In this document: piece after piece, positions 12,965 through 26,370 of the stretch | Layout: every line of letters begins with the position of its first letter | Numbering within the stretch: the stretch's first letter is position 1 | Source of the DNA: Octopus sinensis | Lineage: Eukaryota | DNA: 64,000 nucleotides | Direction: 5' to 3' | NCBI RefSeq assembly: GCF_006345805.1 | Contig: NC_042997.1 | Coordinates: 124,496,001-124,560,000 of the forward strand | The notes under the pieces: generated by a model | What the model was told of the DNA's origin: nothing | Seen by the model: the letters and a program-made list of their open reading frames with translations, nothing else | Database searches by the model: none | Position numbers and translations under genes: made by a program

Positions 12965-13433
12965 ACTGTTCCATAGTACTACTAGTTAACCTCAAGCAGA
13001 TCTTACGCCAGCTGGTTATCGGTGCGAGGCTGCACCCTTTATATACAATATATATTGCTAACAGTGGGGAACGAACACCTACCATCCTCTAGCAGACAAC
13101 AGGATCGCGCGACTGACTGAGTTTCGAGCAGGTTTGCTCATTCCCAACTAGCTATTTTCCTTATTGCAAATCAGTGACCGATGGTCCCCTTGTTTACAAT
13201 ATATTGCTAGCTGGAGCAGACCTTGACTCTGGCGACTGAAGTGTTCGCGACTGAAGATGAGCCAACCAGGTCGAAACTGAGTCTGTCTCGCGATCCAGTT
13301 GTCTGCTAGAGGATGCTAGGGGTTCACTCCTCCTGCTACCAATATATATTGTATATAAAGGGTACAGCGCCGCACCTATAACCAGCTGGCGGAATATCTG
13401 CCTAGGGTTAAACTAGTAGTAACACGGAACAGT
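12965..13433. mobile_element. Diverged fold-back element (~170-bp arms) with a hammerhead
   Basis: actgttcc..tactactagtt..gccagctggttat..cctctagcagacaac is mirrored by gttgtctgctagagg..ataaccagctggc..aactagtagta..ggaacagt. Confidence 0.8.
13246..13292 (+). ncRNA. Type I hammerhead ribozyme motif
   Basis: cgcga CTGAAGA tgagccaaccaggtc GAAAC tgagtct GTC tcgcg: 5-bp stem I, imperfect stem II. Confidence 0.62.
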
Positions 13434-13578
13434 CAATTTAACTTATATATATAAATACAGATATTTAAAACAACGTAGCAAAGACTGAATTCTAAATGTA
13501 CAAAAATAGAATTGTTAAAATATTACCAGACCAATCAATCAAGTACTGAAATGGATTCAATCAACTACAATAGGAATT

Positions 13579-13641
13579 TGTGGTCTCTATGGATTCTGTG
13601 GTCTCTATGGATTCTGTGGTCTCTATGGATTCTGTGGTCTC
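13579..13641. repeat. 18-bp tandem repeat (tgtggtctctatggattc), about 3.5 units
   Basis: Read directly. Confidence 0.9.
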
Positions 13642-13693
13642 TTATATAGTCAACATTTCACAATCTCTGAATTGATATTTGCATTAAGAAATA

Positions 13694-13931
13694 CCTATTT
13701 CTTTACTACCCACAAGGTGCTAAACACAGAGACGACAAACAAGCGCAGACAAACGGATTATGTCGATTATATCGACCCCAGTGCGTAATTGGTACTTATT
13801 CAATCGTCCCCGAAAGGATGAAAGACAAAGTCGACCTCGGAGGAATTTGATCTCAGAACGTAACGGCATACGAAATACAGCTACGCATTTCACACGGCGT
13901 GCTAACGTTTCTGCCAGCTCGCCATTTTTCA
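13694..13931 (-). mobile_element. SINE family B with 15-bp TSD
   Basis: ggcgagctggcagaaacgttagc..gagatcaaattcc head on minus strand. TSD ttgcattaagaaata at 13679 and 13932. Confidence 0.8.
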
Positions 13932-14784
13932 TTGCATTAAGAAATATGGGCTTGTGGTTAAGTCTTCGAGACACATCCCTAAGTGAGTGAGGGAAAATCT
14001 GCTACCTGAACAACTGCTTGTCGTCTATTCAATATTATCTTAGTCTATACCTTGATAGAACATTCCAGTGTTGTCTCACCATGTACAACCAAAATACCCT
14101 GAATCAAGACCGCTACTCTTTGCCCCACCCATCCATCCAGCTGCAAGCTAACTCCTGCATGACAGAGGTGATCCCAAAAGATCGTCATTCTGAAAATAAG
14201 AAACCAGAATTATGAAGATGAATGATTGGGAAAAAGAATATAGAATGAGGCCTGGATGTGAACAATATAGGGAAGAGAGAGGAAGAGACGAGTGAAGTAG
14301 AAGGGTTTGAGTGGATGTGGTATGAGACCAGCCAGCCTCGAAGAGCAATGTATCGGTAGCAGTAAGAAAGGCAATGTGGAGAAACTAGTCTTCCGAGGTA
14401 CCAAAACATTCAATTTCCTACTGCACTAAAGTTTACATAGTTTTATTTTACTGTGGAATTATACAACTGACAGCTAACATTACTTACACTTGAAGGGCAA
14501 AAGCGAAACAGGTTCTGGTTTATCATATATCTGAAATATACTGTGGTATATACATCATAATAATGTCTATAGCGGTATTGAAACAGTGGTTTACTGCACA
14601 AGGAAGACACTTAGTGGGGTTTAGCACGCTTTAGAACAAACACACGACTTTCCACACACGTGAGACATAAAGTGGTTTACTGCGCTATTGAAACATCCAA
14701 TCGGTTACCACACTACTAAATATCACAAAATGTTTTATCGTGCATCATAATTTGATTTTTAAAAGAAATAAACATTTTACTTAC

Positions 14785-14943
14785 TGACAGTTTTTGTCCT
14801 GCGCCAGACCAAAGGTCTGTACTTAACTGATTCCAATTGTGTTGTAACTGTTTTAATGATGGACTATTTCGATTTACAATTTGGAATCCAGTAATGGTCA
14901 CTCCTCCGTAGGTGAAGTTTCTCAAATCAAGTTCTGCAATGCT
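14785..14943 (-). CDS. GRIA: AMPA-like glutamate receptor ATD exon D
   Basis: Acceptor ctatttaaacag|AGC, donor TCA|gtaagt; 159 nt. Translates SIAELDLRNFTYGGVTITGFQIVNRNSPSLKQLQHNWNQLSTDLWSGAGQKLS ('GG.N.TGFQ.V'-type motif). Confidence 0.93.
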
Positions 14944-15884
14944 CTGTTTAAATAGAATGAAAGGTTTAGTTTAGCTTTGTAATCTTTACAATTAAAGTTG
15001 TTTTTTGTAATTCAGATGTTTCGAGAATTGATGATCAAAGTCAATAAATCACTGATCAAATTTTCAGTTCACATATTCTGTTTCTGATATTGAATCTGAC
15101 ATTTTGATACTACGGTCAACTTCATCAACTGTACAGTTACCCAAATAAACATGATATCTATCTTGTTGAAAGTAAACAGAAATTTTTTGATCTATGATCT
15201 GTGATTGGTTTCATGATGGATACGTTTTCACTAATTATGGGTAAAGTTTGATTATTTCAGTTCTTTTAAATCCAAGTTAATTAATATTTTCCACTTTTGG
15301 CCTTGGGGAAAGGCAGGAAATGAATACTCTCCATATATCATTACTAATGCTTTTGGGTTCGTGGGCCTTGTCAAAACGGTATGATGTTTCATTTGAACTT
15401 ATCAAGGCAATATTGAGTTCTGCCTTCATAATTCACTCTGCTTTCAAAATAAATCATATATTAGGGCAAGTCTAACGTTTTGTGAGCAATCATTACAATG
15501 ATTTCACTGTATTTTATTCAGTTGTATATGATATTCATCAAGTAATGCTATCCTTGGTTGTGATTTAAATCGGAACTAGGCATAACAATATCAATCACAT
15601 TTTATTATACATATGCCCAAAATACATACATATTTTTATTCCTTTTCCTGGTTCCAGCCAGAGGCTGAGACCATGTTAGAGAATCGCCAAGTCTAATAAC
15701 ATTCTGACCGCCGACCATAACCAACGACCACATAATATATATATATATAGGCGTACATGCTAATACAACTAGATAACTGTTAGAGATATGTTGTACGTCA
15801 TTAACGCTTGAAGTTGCAAGGGTGGTAAAATATCATTTGTACTATTTCAGAGTGTTTGAGTGTCAATCTTAGTGTTTTCCGTGT

Positions 15885-16078
15885 GCCCAAAGTATGTACC
15901 GAGAGTGATAAAAATCAAGCATCCAGTCAACATCATGGCGTTTGGAGTGATCACTAGAGATAGTGATGTTATGCCTCCTTTCTTCTTCCCATACGAACTT
16001 AGGCTCAAAATGGTGGCCTACATCAAGGGCTTCGAGGAAGCAGTGTTTGCCTGGATCAAGAGGGTCGCTGCTGGAAGA
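15885..16078 (+). mobile_element. Tc1/mariner-superfamily (DD37D/maT-like) transposase fragment
   Basis: KHPVNIMAFGVITRDSDVMPPFFFPYELRLKMVAYIKGFEEAVFAWIKRVAAGR resembles the region between the first and second catalytic Asp. Confidence 0.7.
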
Positions 16079-16310
16079 CTCCAATTTATTCTAAAGCGTA
16101 AAGTTATTCAATAAAATCACGATTTGCTTGAACCATGGCCTCCAGACGACTTCGGAATCTCTTGTAGTTATTTGCTTTTTGTTTTTCTTTTCCTTTTTGT
16201 TCACCTAACTTCGAGTTGTTCGTACAATGCTAGACAGACATGGTGCCTCGAATTAAGTATCTAATTAAACTGAATCTTAATTACTTTATATATATATTTA
16301 TATATGTATA

Positions 16311-16393
<83 letters not shown>

Positions 16394-16437
16394 GTGTGTA
16401 TATATATATATATTATATATATATATATATATTATAT

Positions 16438-16490
<53 letters not shown>

Positions 16491-17438
16491 ATGTATATAT
16501 ATATATATATATATATAGTTTTAAAATATTTTTAGAAAGGTTCTTTTTCTACATGAAAAATTTCCCCTTGAACTTTAGATAATAGTTTAAATATGAAGTA
16601 TCCCGATACAGTAATAGACGGTTTTTATTAACTGAAGAGATAAAGCTTCGATTTTCATTTCCCGGGAGTTTTGGGGACATTAGATTAGTTTTGAGATTGT
16701 CTAATTCATTTTAAAATCTTGATAGAAAATTGTGTTAAATTGGATTAGGGAAACTGTGTGGACATCAGAAAAAAGATTTTAATTTAGATTTCATTTCTAG
16801 TAAGTACAAATTTGAAATATTTTTAAAGGAATAAATAATTTAACGTGAAAAAGGCAATTTTTAATATAATAGAGAAACTTTTGAATGTAACAAAAAATGT
16901 TAAATAAATTCCATAAGTGTAAAATCAATGTTGAATGCCGGCTGCAGCTGGTCGAATTAGTAGTACGATACACTATTGGCTAAACATAGACTATCCACCA
17001 CTGCATACCACCACTGTTGGTATCTTCTCAAAAACTGATCACCGAATTTTCTTTTCAGCGAGACGTAATTATATGCCAAGGGCAATGATACGCCACCTAG
17101 ACCATTCAAAAGTGCCAAATATTGTGGCAACACTCATACAAGTGTAGCTAACACTATGTTCTCTACTTAAAATACATTAATTCTGTGTTCTATGGTATGT
17201 GTATTGTATTCCATGTAAAGTTTATAATGTGGTATGTATAGCTGAAGCAAGATCTGAAATGAGTAATAATTTTCATTAACACCTTCACGTGTTAATATAC
17301 AACGGACAAAAAAATTGCATGGTGGTCGTAAATAAAGTCACAAATATCGTAAAGTCACAAGAAAGAAGCCACGGTCTGTCTGTAGCACTTAGCGTTACTT
17401 GCCACTTTCTGGGCCTTCTAGATACCAATACTTCTCTC

Positions 17439-17469
<31 letters not shown>

Positions 17470-17778
17470 GCGTTGAGCTTACGACCGTGACGTTGTGAGT
17501 TCGAATCGCGGATCACGCTGCGTATTGTTTTCTTGAGCAAGACATTTTATTTCACGTTACTCCACCTCACGCACATGTAGAAATGAGTTGCGACGTCACA
17601 GGTGCCAAGCTGAATCGGCCTTTGCCTTTCCCTTGAATAACACCGGTGGTGTGGAGAGGGTGACCGGTATGCATGGGCGACTGCTGGTCTTCCATAAACA
17701 ACCTTGCCCTGACTAGTGCATGGGAGGGTAACTTTGTAGGTGCATTCCCACGGTCAGTCATGATCGAAGGGGGTCTCA
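17470..17778 (+). mobile_element. tRNA-derived SINE-like element
   Basis: B box gagttcgaatcg followed by ttcttgagcaagacattttatttcacg, related to the family C heads. Confidence 0.55.
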
Positions 17779-17793
17779 GTAGTATATATGTAT

Positions 17794-17826
<33 letters not shown>

Positions 17827-17828
17827 CA

Positions 17829-17868
<40 letters not shown>

Positions 17869-17877
17869 CACACACAT

Positions 17878-17913
<36 letters not shown>

Positions 17914-18001
17914 TAGGGTAAAATCGTTAATTTAATTATCGATCTTCTCAAGTGGCCAGCATGGGAATAAAAACCTTCAAAGATAATGATTATTATTAAA
18001 G

Positions 18002-18290
18002 TTATAATTTAGGGTAACTAAGAGATACCACCACGCTGGAAATAGCAGCCAAAACTTGACTCTAAAACCGCATTAACTGTTCATAGAACACTAGGAGAGA
18101 AGACAAAACGACAAAATGAACAAGCAAAAAATTACTGGATAGTTCCATGTAATTCGGTAACTTTTTGCTCGTTCTTCTTGCCCTTTTGTCTTCTCTCCTA
18201 GTACTGTATGAACATTTAATGTGGTTTTAGAGTCAAGTTTTGGCTGCTATTTCCAGCGTGGAAGTATCTCTTAGATACCCTAAATTATAA
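18002..18290. mobile_element. Fold-back element (~110-bp arms); related copy at 58199-58380
   Basis: ttataatttagggt..cacgctggaaatagcagccaaaacttgactctaaaacc is mirrored at 18178-18290. Confidence 0.82.
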
Positions 18291-18810
18291 TTTGATATAT
18301 ATCTATATATATATGTGTGTGTGTGTGTATATCTGGGTGTAACAATGGGCATATGTAGGTATATGTGTCTGATTACACGCGTGCATTCCAAAATAAGGAA
18401 CTTTACGACCGTTACCACGGCTTTTACATTTCTGATCCGTGAACGGTAACAAATATTAGAGCCAGTATGACCAGGATAGAAAGATTCAACCGTAAAAATT
18501 GCGAAATTCTTTCATTATACAATTAGGTCTTAATTTGATTCGGTAGGGGGACGGGCATATTCTTGTGTTTATTAAATGATCGGCTTCACATTGTACTTCA
18601 AGCATCATTAATGACAAAAATGTATTCAAATCTATGCAATGGAAATGTTAATGATTCATAAACGTATAAATCTATAATGTATATATGAAATATATCGAAT
18701 ATAAACAAATTCGATTATTTGATGATAAAATTATGCTCATTCTTCATATTTTAACTTTTTGTTGTTTACACCCGTCTATCTGTCTATCTATCTATCAATC
18801 TACCTATTTA

Positions 18811-18868
<58 letters not shown>

Positions 18869-18933
18869 AAATTTTGTCATACGTATGTATGCATATATGT
18901 ATGAGTATATTTGTGTGTGTATGTGTGTGTATG

Positions 18934-18968
<35 letters not shown>

Positions 18969-19424
18969 ATACATACATACATAGATACACACACATACAC
19001 ACAGATATACTCATACATATATGCATACATACGTATGACGAAGCTCATATAGACGCATGAACACCTACATATTTGTCATATTTTCACATACATTTTTCTT
19101 CAGAAATATTTTTGTGTGGCTTCTATACTTATCATATATCTAGGTGTTTTTCTTATCTATATAGCCCAATCATATTCGTCAGTTAATTCCATTTATTTCT
19201 ATTCATCGTTCATCCAGTTGCATCGAAATAAGTAAGATAAATTTTTTTCCATGTTTTATAGTATACATTAGAACAGGTTTTAATTATTCATTGAACGCGC
19301 ATCCTTGTAAATGAATATATGTGTATGGATGCTTGCGTGTGGAAGAGTGTGTATGTGTGCGCGGGAAGGAGTGAGTGTGTGCTTACATATGTGTAAATAG
19401 ATAAGATTCAAAACGTGACTGTGA

Positions 19425-19773
19425 AGGAGGAGGAGGAGGAGGAGGAGGAGGAGGAGGGTAAGGGAAGAAGAAGAAGAAGAAGAAGAAGAAGAAGAAAAAG
19501 AAGGAGGGGGAGGAGAAGAAGAAGAAGAAGAAGAAGAAGAAGAAGAAGAAGAAGGGGGAGAGAAGAAGAAGAAGAGAGAAGAAGAAGAAGAAGAAGGAGA
19601 AGAAGAAGAAGAGGAAGAAGAAGAAGTGGAAGAAGAAGAAGAAGAAGAAGAAGAAGGAGAAGAAGAAGAAGTAGAAGGAGAGAAGAAGAAGGAGAAGAAG
19701 AAGAGAAGAAGAAGAAGAGGAAGAAGAAGAAGTGGAAGAAGAAGAAGAAGAAGAAGAAGAAGAAGAAGAAGAA
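19425..19773. repeat. (GAG)n/(GAA)n microsatellite
   Basis: Read directly; similar tracts at 37262-37490 (TTC) and 44678-45050. Confidence 0.95.
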
Positions 19774-20032
19774 GATTACATATTTTCAATATTTTTTTAT
19801 GTTTCCAGGAATTTTCAGCAACTTTTTTTTTTGTAAATTCATCGCTTTCATCATTTTTTAATGTATATTTTAGTTAATATTGATGTGAAAAGTGGAAGAT
19901 GCACATTTTAAGATGAAATACTCAATATCATTGAGTGGGAATATCTATTTAATCGCTGATGGCACAACACTCGTTAACAATCTTCTGTTTGTTTTCGTGA
20001 TACCGTGGAGGACAGGTTCGAAATTTCCCCAA

Positions 20033-20083
20033 GACATCTGATGAAGGCTGGGGGGGGGGGTATATCAGCCGAAACGTTGTATT
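20033..20083 (+). ncRNA. Degenerate minimal hammerhead motif in a short retroelement fragment (~19960-20140)
   Basis: gacat CTGATGA a-ggctg...cagcc GAAAC GTT gtatt; stem I is mismatched. Confidence 0.5.
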
Positions 20084-20146
20084 AACAACAAACAAGACGA
20101 GGACAAATATCCGTCGAATGTAAATAACGTAAATGATGTAAATAAG

Positions 20147-20537
20147 AATCTTCAGAAGATTATCATTTATGTATATGGTGAGTTCTTCCATATCATAGGA
20201 AGTTTCCCTCATTATTTCAGTGGACATACTGTTACGATCTCCTCTTTATAGTTAGTGGGAGACCTAAATGTTTGTATAGGTTCATCTCTCATCGAAATAA
20301 TTTTATCTCCTATTTCAATCAACGCCACGTTGTATATAGCATCAGTGAAACCAATATCTCGGACAGGATTACTCAACTGAACTTGGAGTTTGAAATCTTC
20401 AGCTAGATCATTTCCGAGATTATTCCACAGTTCAACAGGATTACGTACTTCGCAAATTTTTGAGAATGATAGCAAAAAGACCTCTGAAACTCTTTGGTGA
20501 TTTTATATTAAAGCTTCTTTCAGTGTTGCTTCCCTTG
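20147..20537 (-). mobile_element. Helitron Rep/Hel pseudogene fragment
   Basis: Frameshifted peptides ICEVRNPVELWNNLGNDLAEDF...IYNVALIEIGDKII...RETSYDMEEL resemble the Helitron region upstream of the PIF1 helicase. Confidence 0.7.
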
Positions 20538-20731
20538 AAACAGAATAAGACTTCTACAGATTTGCTGTCTATACTTTCATTTTGCCGGACAAAAAGAAAA
20601 GAGAATTTCAATTTTATATATATAGATAGATAAATATAATATGCATATATTATGCTATAGCAAAATTGCCTGTCAAAGATGTATCTCCATTTAGTATGAT
20701 ATATATATAATAAAGGTAAAATTAGATTAGG

Positions 20732-21549
20732 CCGGCTTATGGGATTACCCTGGCTTTCACGTCCATAAGGCGATTAGCTTTACAAGATTATCGTCAGACC
20801 TCAAACCTTTTGGCCTATGGCCTCTCTACAAAATGGATGAGGAAAAGACGTCGTTACTTTGTTAACGATGAGAGATTGTTTCCCTTTGGCTGCCAATCGT
20901 AAACGACCCTGTTATCGTGTGGATCCCAGTAAGCCAGCAGGAATTTCCTGAAGTGCAAGCATGGTCCAAAGACATCCATTCTGGAGATATAGATTTTTCC
21001 CGGATACGGGGAATCCATTAGTATCCTCACCCGTTCAGCTATGCAGTCTATAACACATGGTTCTGTTTGTGTAGGCGCTTGGATTTTCTAGGTTTCCTCA
21101 TTATATTACGTGTGGAATTCTATCGTCCTTCAGTTGCCATACATTCCTGGAAGGACGACAGAATTTCACACGTAATATCATGGAGAATCCTAGAAAAACT
21201 AGGTCCCTACATACATGGGACCAAGCGTTATAAATTGAGCATAGCTGAACAGGCGAGGATACTAACGGACTCCCTGTATCCGGGGAACATCCATATCTCC
21301 AGAACAGAGGTCTTCGGACCATGATTGCACTTCAGGAAATTCCTGCTGGCCTCCTGGGATCCACACGATAACAGGGTCATTTACGATTGTCAGCCAAAGG
21401 GAAACGACGTCTTTCCCCCATCCATTTTCTTGAGAGGTCACTTGCTAGAGCGACCATAGGCTAACAGGATTGAGATCTGCCGATACGCCGTAACGCTAAG
21501 CGCCTTATGGACATGAAAGCCAAGGTAATAGGGTAATCCCACAAACCGG
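20732..21549. mobile_element. Large diverged palindromic element (~400-bp arms)
   Basis: Complementarity runs from the ends (ccgg..gggattacc / ggtaatccc..ccgg) to a loop near 21133-21147. The mirrored ORF peptides share 'KDDRI.HVI'. Confidence 0.85.
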
Positions 21550-22552
21550 ACCATTATAATATACTGGTCTATTATTCAGAGTGTGCTTCTATTTCGGATT
21601 TATGTTTTACCGACGGTATATATATATATATATCGCTTTTAATACTGAAAAATACATATTGCTTAGCACCTAAATCTCTTCTCTGCAAACTAGCCTACCA
21701 TGAAGTCTCATCTTCCATTTTGCAACAAATGACAGTCCATGAGAAACAAAAGTTCGATCGGTCGATTTTATGAGCCTCACCTATTTGTTTCTAACTGTTA
21801 ACTGTAAAGTAATTTGCACTTTCGCCACTCAGGTATTTAGCTCGTAAATTAGTGAAATTTAATTGACAATCTCGGCAAACTTTACAAGAGTCCGCAAGAG
21901 TCATTTTCTTTCATTAAAAATCAAATCATTAACAATGAAGTAAAACAATAGATAAATGAATAAAACAAAACGAAAAAAAGAAAATAAATATAAAAATCCA
22001 TTATGTTTTAAAACGAACAATAACTAATATTATTCATGCATTTTATAAAATCATTTACTAAAGGTTTCTTCAAGCTTGTAAATCTTTAAAATTCGATAAA
22101 GTAGCCCTCAACTTTTGACAGCTCACATCAGAGCAATTTACAGCAAGTGAAAATTATCGCTGATGCTCTCATGAAATGCTAAATTGTTTTTGCATTATTA
22201 CACCAATTTACTTTATTTAAATGAAGTTGTATTTCAGGCGAACGTTGAAGCTAACTTTTAGTAGTAGTAGAAGCAGTAATTTTTGCTGTTGATGTTGTTA
22301 CTGCTGATGGTGTTGTTAATTCATTTTAATTTTAATTTTTTTCGTTTTATTTATTTCTTTCACTATGGCAGATTCGACAACCTGTCTAATGCAGCTTCTT
22401 TCGCCAGCCAAGTGGGTTGTGGATGTCAAAATATGATTCGAATAGACGGGATTTGAAGAAAGAGCGAAATTAAGACGAAAATGTAATGCTTGTTATAGAG
22501 CTAACTATAATACACAACCGTGTAGAATGTATATGAAAGTCTTTCTACTCAC

Positions 22553-22606
22553 CAACCCACCGAGAATATAATGGTAATGGTCTTTGTTCATTCCGACATC
22601 CATAAT
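22553..22606 (-). CDS. GRIA: AMPA-like glutamate receptor ATD exon C (54-nt exon)
   Basis: Acceptor ttttcttttgcag|ATT, donor TTG|gtgagt. Translates IMDVGMNKDHYHYILGGL, matching the iGluR 'G....YHYI' motif; phase 0 to 0. Confidence 0.92.
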
Positions 22607-22866
22607 CTGCAAAAGAAAATAAATAAATTACCAAATTTAAATAAAGCTGACGTCTGTCAATTCTATTTCTTTTTTTTTTTCTTTTTTAACATTTCAGGAA
22701 TTTCAATTAAGTATTTAAATAGTTTCCAATTCTGCTAATCTTTTAAAATTTAAAATCTTAACAACACTGAAATTGCAACTGTTTTAATAAGAAATGCTTT
22801 ACAAATGCTATGTTTACATGCATTTATATATATATGTGTATATATAATATATATATGTATATATAT

Positions 22867-22909
<43 letters not shown>

Positions 22910-23053
22910 ATATATGTATATATATATATATATGTATGTATATATATATGTATGTATATATATATGTATATATATATATATATATATATGCGTGTATTAT
23001 ATATATATATATATGTATGTATATGTATATATATATATATATGTATATGTATG

Positions 23054-23108
<55 letters not shown>

Positions 23109-23112
<4 letters not shown>

Positions 23113-23562
23113 AAGTAACGTTGGTAGCCACTTTAATATGGCTGTCCATTCGAGCGGAATCTGCTGCAACTTTTTAACCCCAAGAGGACATCTCCTCTAG
23201 CTGATTAACAATGCTCAGCTGCATCTCTTAGAGATATTTTAGAATTAACATTTTTGCTTGTTGCAGAATAGGCGACTCTGTGTTAGTTTGAAATATATAA
23301 ATTGGGAGCAGACGCGAGCTGCTACCATCTCTAGAAGGTGAGGTGTCCAATACTTAGGAGTGGCAGAAATAGCCCGAAAACAGGACTGGCCTACTGGTCC
23401 CCTCGCTAGCAGGTGGTAGGGGTACACTCCCCTGCTCCCAATTATATCGGGTGCAGTTGTGCATCGTTAACCAGCTAGAGGAGATGACCTCTTGGGGTTA
23501 AAAAATCGTAGTGGAGTCAGCTGGAACGGGCAGCCACTTTAAAGTGGCTACTACCATTGTTT
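23109..23562. mobile_element. Fold-back or MITE-like element (~105-bp diverged arms) after (TA)n
   Basis: tttttaaccccaagaggacatctcctctagctg pairs with cagctagaggagatgacctcttggggttaaaaa; gtagccacttta pairs with taaagtggctac. Confidence 0.75.
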
Positions 23563-23660
23563 GTCAGTACAACTACTGCGTTGATCTCTTAGAGAGATTT
23601 TGGAATAGAACTAGCATTTTTCTTTGTGCGTGTGTGTGTGTGTGTGTTTACATACATACA

Positions 23661-23716
<56 letters not shown>

Positions 23717-23718
<2 letters not shown>

Positions 23719-23750
23719 CTAGCAGAGATACCCGGCGTTGCCCGTGTTAC
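23717..23750 (+). mobile_element. Helentron/HINE-like terminus
   Basis: tactagcagagatacccggcgttgcccg is a typical non-autonomous Helentron end motif. Confidence 0.5.
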
Positions 23751-24279
23751 ATACAATTGAGGAATCAGACTTTTCTGTTATATTTTCTCTAATGAACTGG
23801 AATATCTACGTTTCGAATTTTATCAAAATTGCATATGAGGGATATTTCCCTCTTTACACACCCCAAACAAATTGTAATCGTGCCACATATATCCCATACT
23901 ACTGATTTTTATGCGCATATTCCAAAATTCCAGTCTTACTGAACCTGTTAACAAGATTTTGCTCCTAAAAAATGAAGGTCATGGAGCTCTAAAATGTTAG
24001 AGCTAAGGCCCCTGTTGGGGGTGGGCATCTTAATGTCAACCAGAGAAGTTGAATTGTTGAGAATCTTTTTAACTTGTGTCTTATATATATTGTTTGAATT
24101 TCTTTGAAATAGGAAATATATGTTCACTGGGTTTGTAAAAGAGAGAAAAGCTACAGGAAACCAAAAGACGAATGATCACGATAAGCAGTCAGTTACCCTA
24201 CCGTAATCGTTACCACTCCCAATGTAGGATTTCTCACCATCCAGGTGACAGGCACAGTCGTAAGATGCATTACGAATCT

Positions 24280-25240
24280 ATAGCAATTGCCTGGCTGGTT
24301 GTAATGTCATACTTTCTTGTTGACGTATTTTCTTGTCTTTCCATTTCTCCTCTCTCTCTATGTCACTCTTTGTATTTCCTCTTTTATGGAACGTCGCCAA
24401 TCTCCACGGTTGCTGGCAACTGCTTCCCAGTTGGTAATATTGATGTTTCAGGCATTCATGTCCCTTTTGCAAACATCCTTGTATCGTAAGAACTGTTTCC
24501 CCCAGATCTAGTGCCCCTAGCAAGCTCTCCGTAGAGTATGTCCTTGGGGATTCTGCCATCTTCCATACGGCTAACATGTCCAAGCCATCTCATACGTCTT
24601 TGTGTGAGGAGTGCAAACATGCTTGGTATTCCTGCTTGCTTGAGGACATCTTTGTTGGGGACATGATTCTGCCATTTGATGCGAAGTATTTTCCGGAGGC
24701 AGCGCAGGTGAAAGATATTTAGGCGATGCTCTTGGCGTGTGTATGGCGTCCAAGTCTCACTTCCATACAGTAGAGTGCTAAGTACACATGCCTAGTAAAT
24801 CTTCATTTTTGTGGTCTTCGTCAGCTTATTGTTGTCCCATGCCCGTTTGGATATTTGGGCCATCACAGCAGCTGCCTTGCCAATGTGTATATTGAGCTCA
24901 GCATCAAGGGATAGGGTGTAGGTGAAGGTAGAGCTAAGATAGGTAAACGTCTCCCCCTCCTGTAGTCTGTGGTCTCCAATATGTATGTTTGGGATGTCCG
25001 ATGTAGCCTGACCCATGATGTTGGTCTTCTTGAGGCTGATAACTAAGCCAAAGTCGCTACATGCTTGCTCAAAACAGTTGATGAGCCTTTGTAGGGCTTC
25101 TTCTGTGTGTGATACCAGAGCGGCATCATTAGCAAATAGCACCTCCTTGATCAGGACGCTTCTGATTTTGGTCTTGACATGCAGACGCGAGAGATTGAAC
25201 AGTTTCCCGTCACTTCTACTATGCAGAAACACTCTATTAT
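24280..25240 (-). mobile_element. RTE-clade LINE, 5'-truncated and inactivated RT/C-terminal fragment
   Basis: ORF 25232-24792 gives RSDGKLFNLSRL..EVLFANDAALVSHTEEALQRLINCF..FGLVISLKKT (FADD motif mutated to FAND); degenerate sequence continues downstream. Confidence 0.88.
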
Positions 25241-25254
25241 CTGATATCTGAAAC

Positions 25255-25591
25255 TAGACTATATATTATTCATATAGAAATACACTAAGAGGCTTCCAAA
25301 TAGGAAAGCGTTGCGCTAGAAAGAGTAGTAGAAATCTCAAGACCACAAAAAAGGATAAATTCACGAAATGAATGAAAATTAAAAACGTTTACCATCTCAA
25401 CTATTTCCCAGACCGCGGTTTCTAACTATTTCCAGCAAAAAATATTCGCTAAAGGCCAGTTTTCTTCAGTGGGACAGCCTTTAGATTTCAGACATACAGA
25501 CCGCCAGAAATACACTACGAGGCTTCCAAATCGGAAAGCGTTGTGCTAGAAAGAGCAATTATGTATTTCTATATGAATAATATATAGTCTA
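25255..25591 (-). mobile_element. Hammerhead-bearing element with ~30-bp inverted ends and a ~50-bp internal direct repeat
   Basis: tagactatatattattcatatagaaataca pairs with tgtatttctatatgaataatatatagtcta. The direct repeat agaaatacacta.gaggcttccaaat.ggaaagcg occurs at ~25276 and ~25506. Confidence 0.75.
25405..25474 (-). ncRNA. Minimal type I hammerhead ribozyme motif with palindromic stem III
   Basis: Minus strand tccca CTGAAGA a-aact...agtt-a GAAAC cgcg GTC tggga: perfect 5-bp stem I, ACCGCGGT palindrome, GUC site. Confidence 0.8.
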
Positions 25592-26370
25592 ATGACTAAT
25601 TCGTTTTTTGTGCTAGGCCTCTGGTAATAATAATTTATCATTACCCTATTTTATTATGTTTAAATATTGTTTGATAAATTTGTTCGAAATTTTTACCGGC
25701 ATCCTCTCTATCGCCGGGTATAATCTGCGTCTGCGCAGTGGTTTGAAAAGTTAGGATTTACAAACCGTTAGTTCTACATGTGGATCCACCGGTGTTTGTA
25801 ATCGATGGTAACATGTGCGATGAATTTGCGATTATCTTCTATTTTACGGAGAAATTGGAAGCCCCGAATGTAAGCCAACACTTTATGCATAATTCAATAT
25901 TTATAGTTCTCTATTTCTAACTGAAATTCTGTCCTCAATAATTATAGATATCTATTTCAAAATGTAATTCTTGTTCTTCTCGTTCAGCTTATAACTATAA
26001 CACGCATTTTTGTCTAGCTTTTTTTCTCCAGCGTTCACCACTCCACCTCGTTAGGGTTAAACAGCCCTTACCGAATCTTTTCACTGTTTTTGTTAGCAGC
26101 TTTGACGTTCCACGTATCTCAAATTTTATTTAATTTGCTTTGGGAGAGCAATTACTTTGACGAAGACGCATCTCGTTGCAATGCTCGCAATGCGGAGTAG
26201 GTAAAACTGCCAACAATTGAGAAAGGTTTGTTTTTTTTATACTGCCTTCGCGCTATAGTTGTCTATATATAATTGAAATTCTCTTTCTTTCAAGCCAAGC
26301 CAAGCCAAGCCAAGCCAAGTCAAGCCAAGTCAAGCCAAGCCCTTTGTTACAGTGATACCAATGCCATAGC

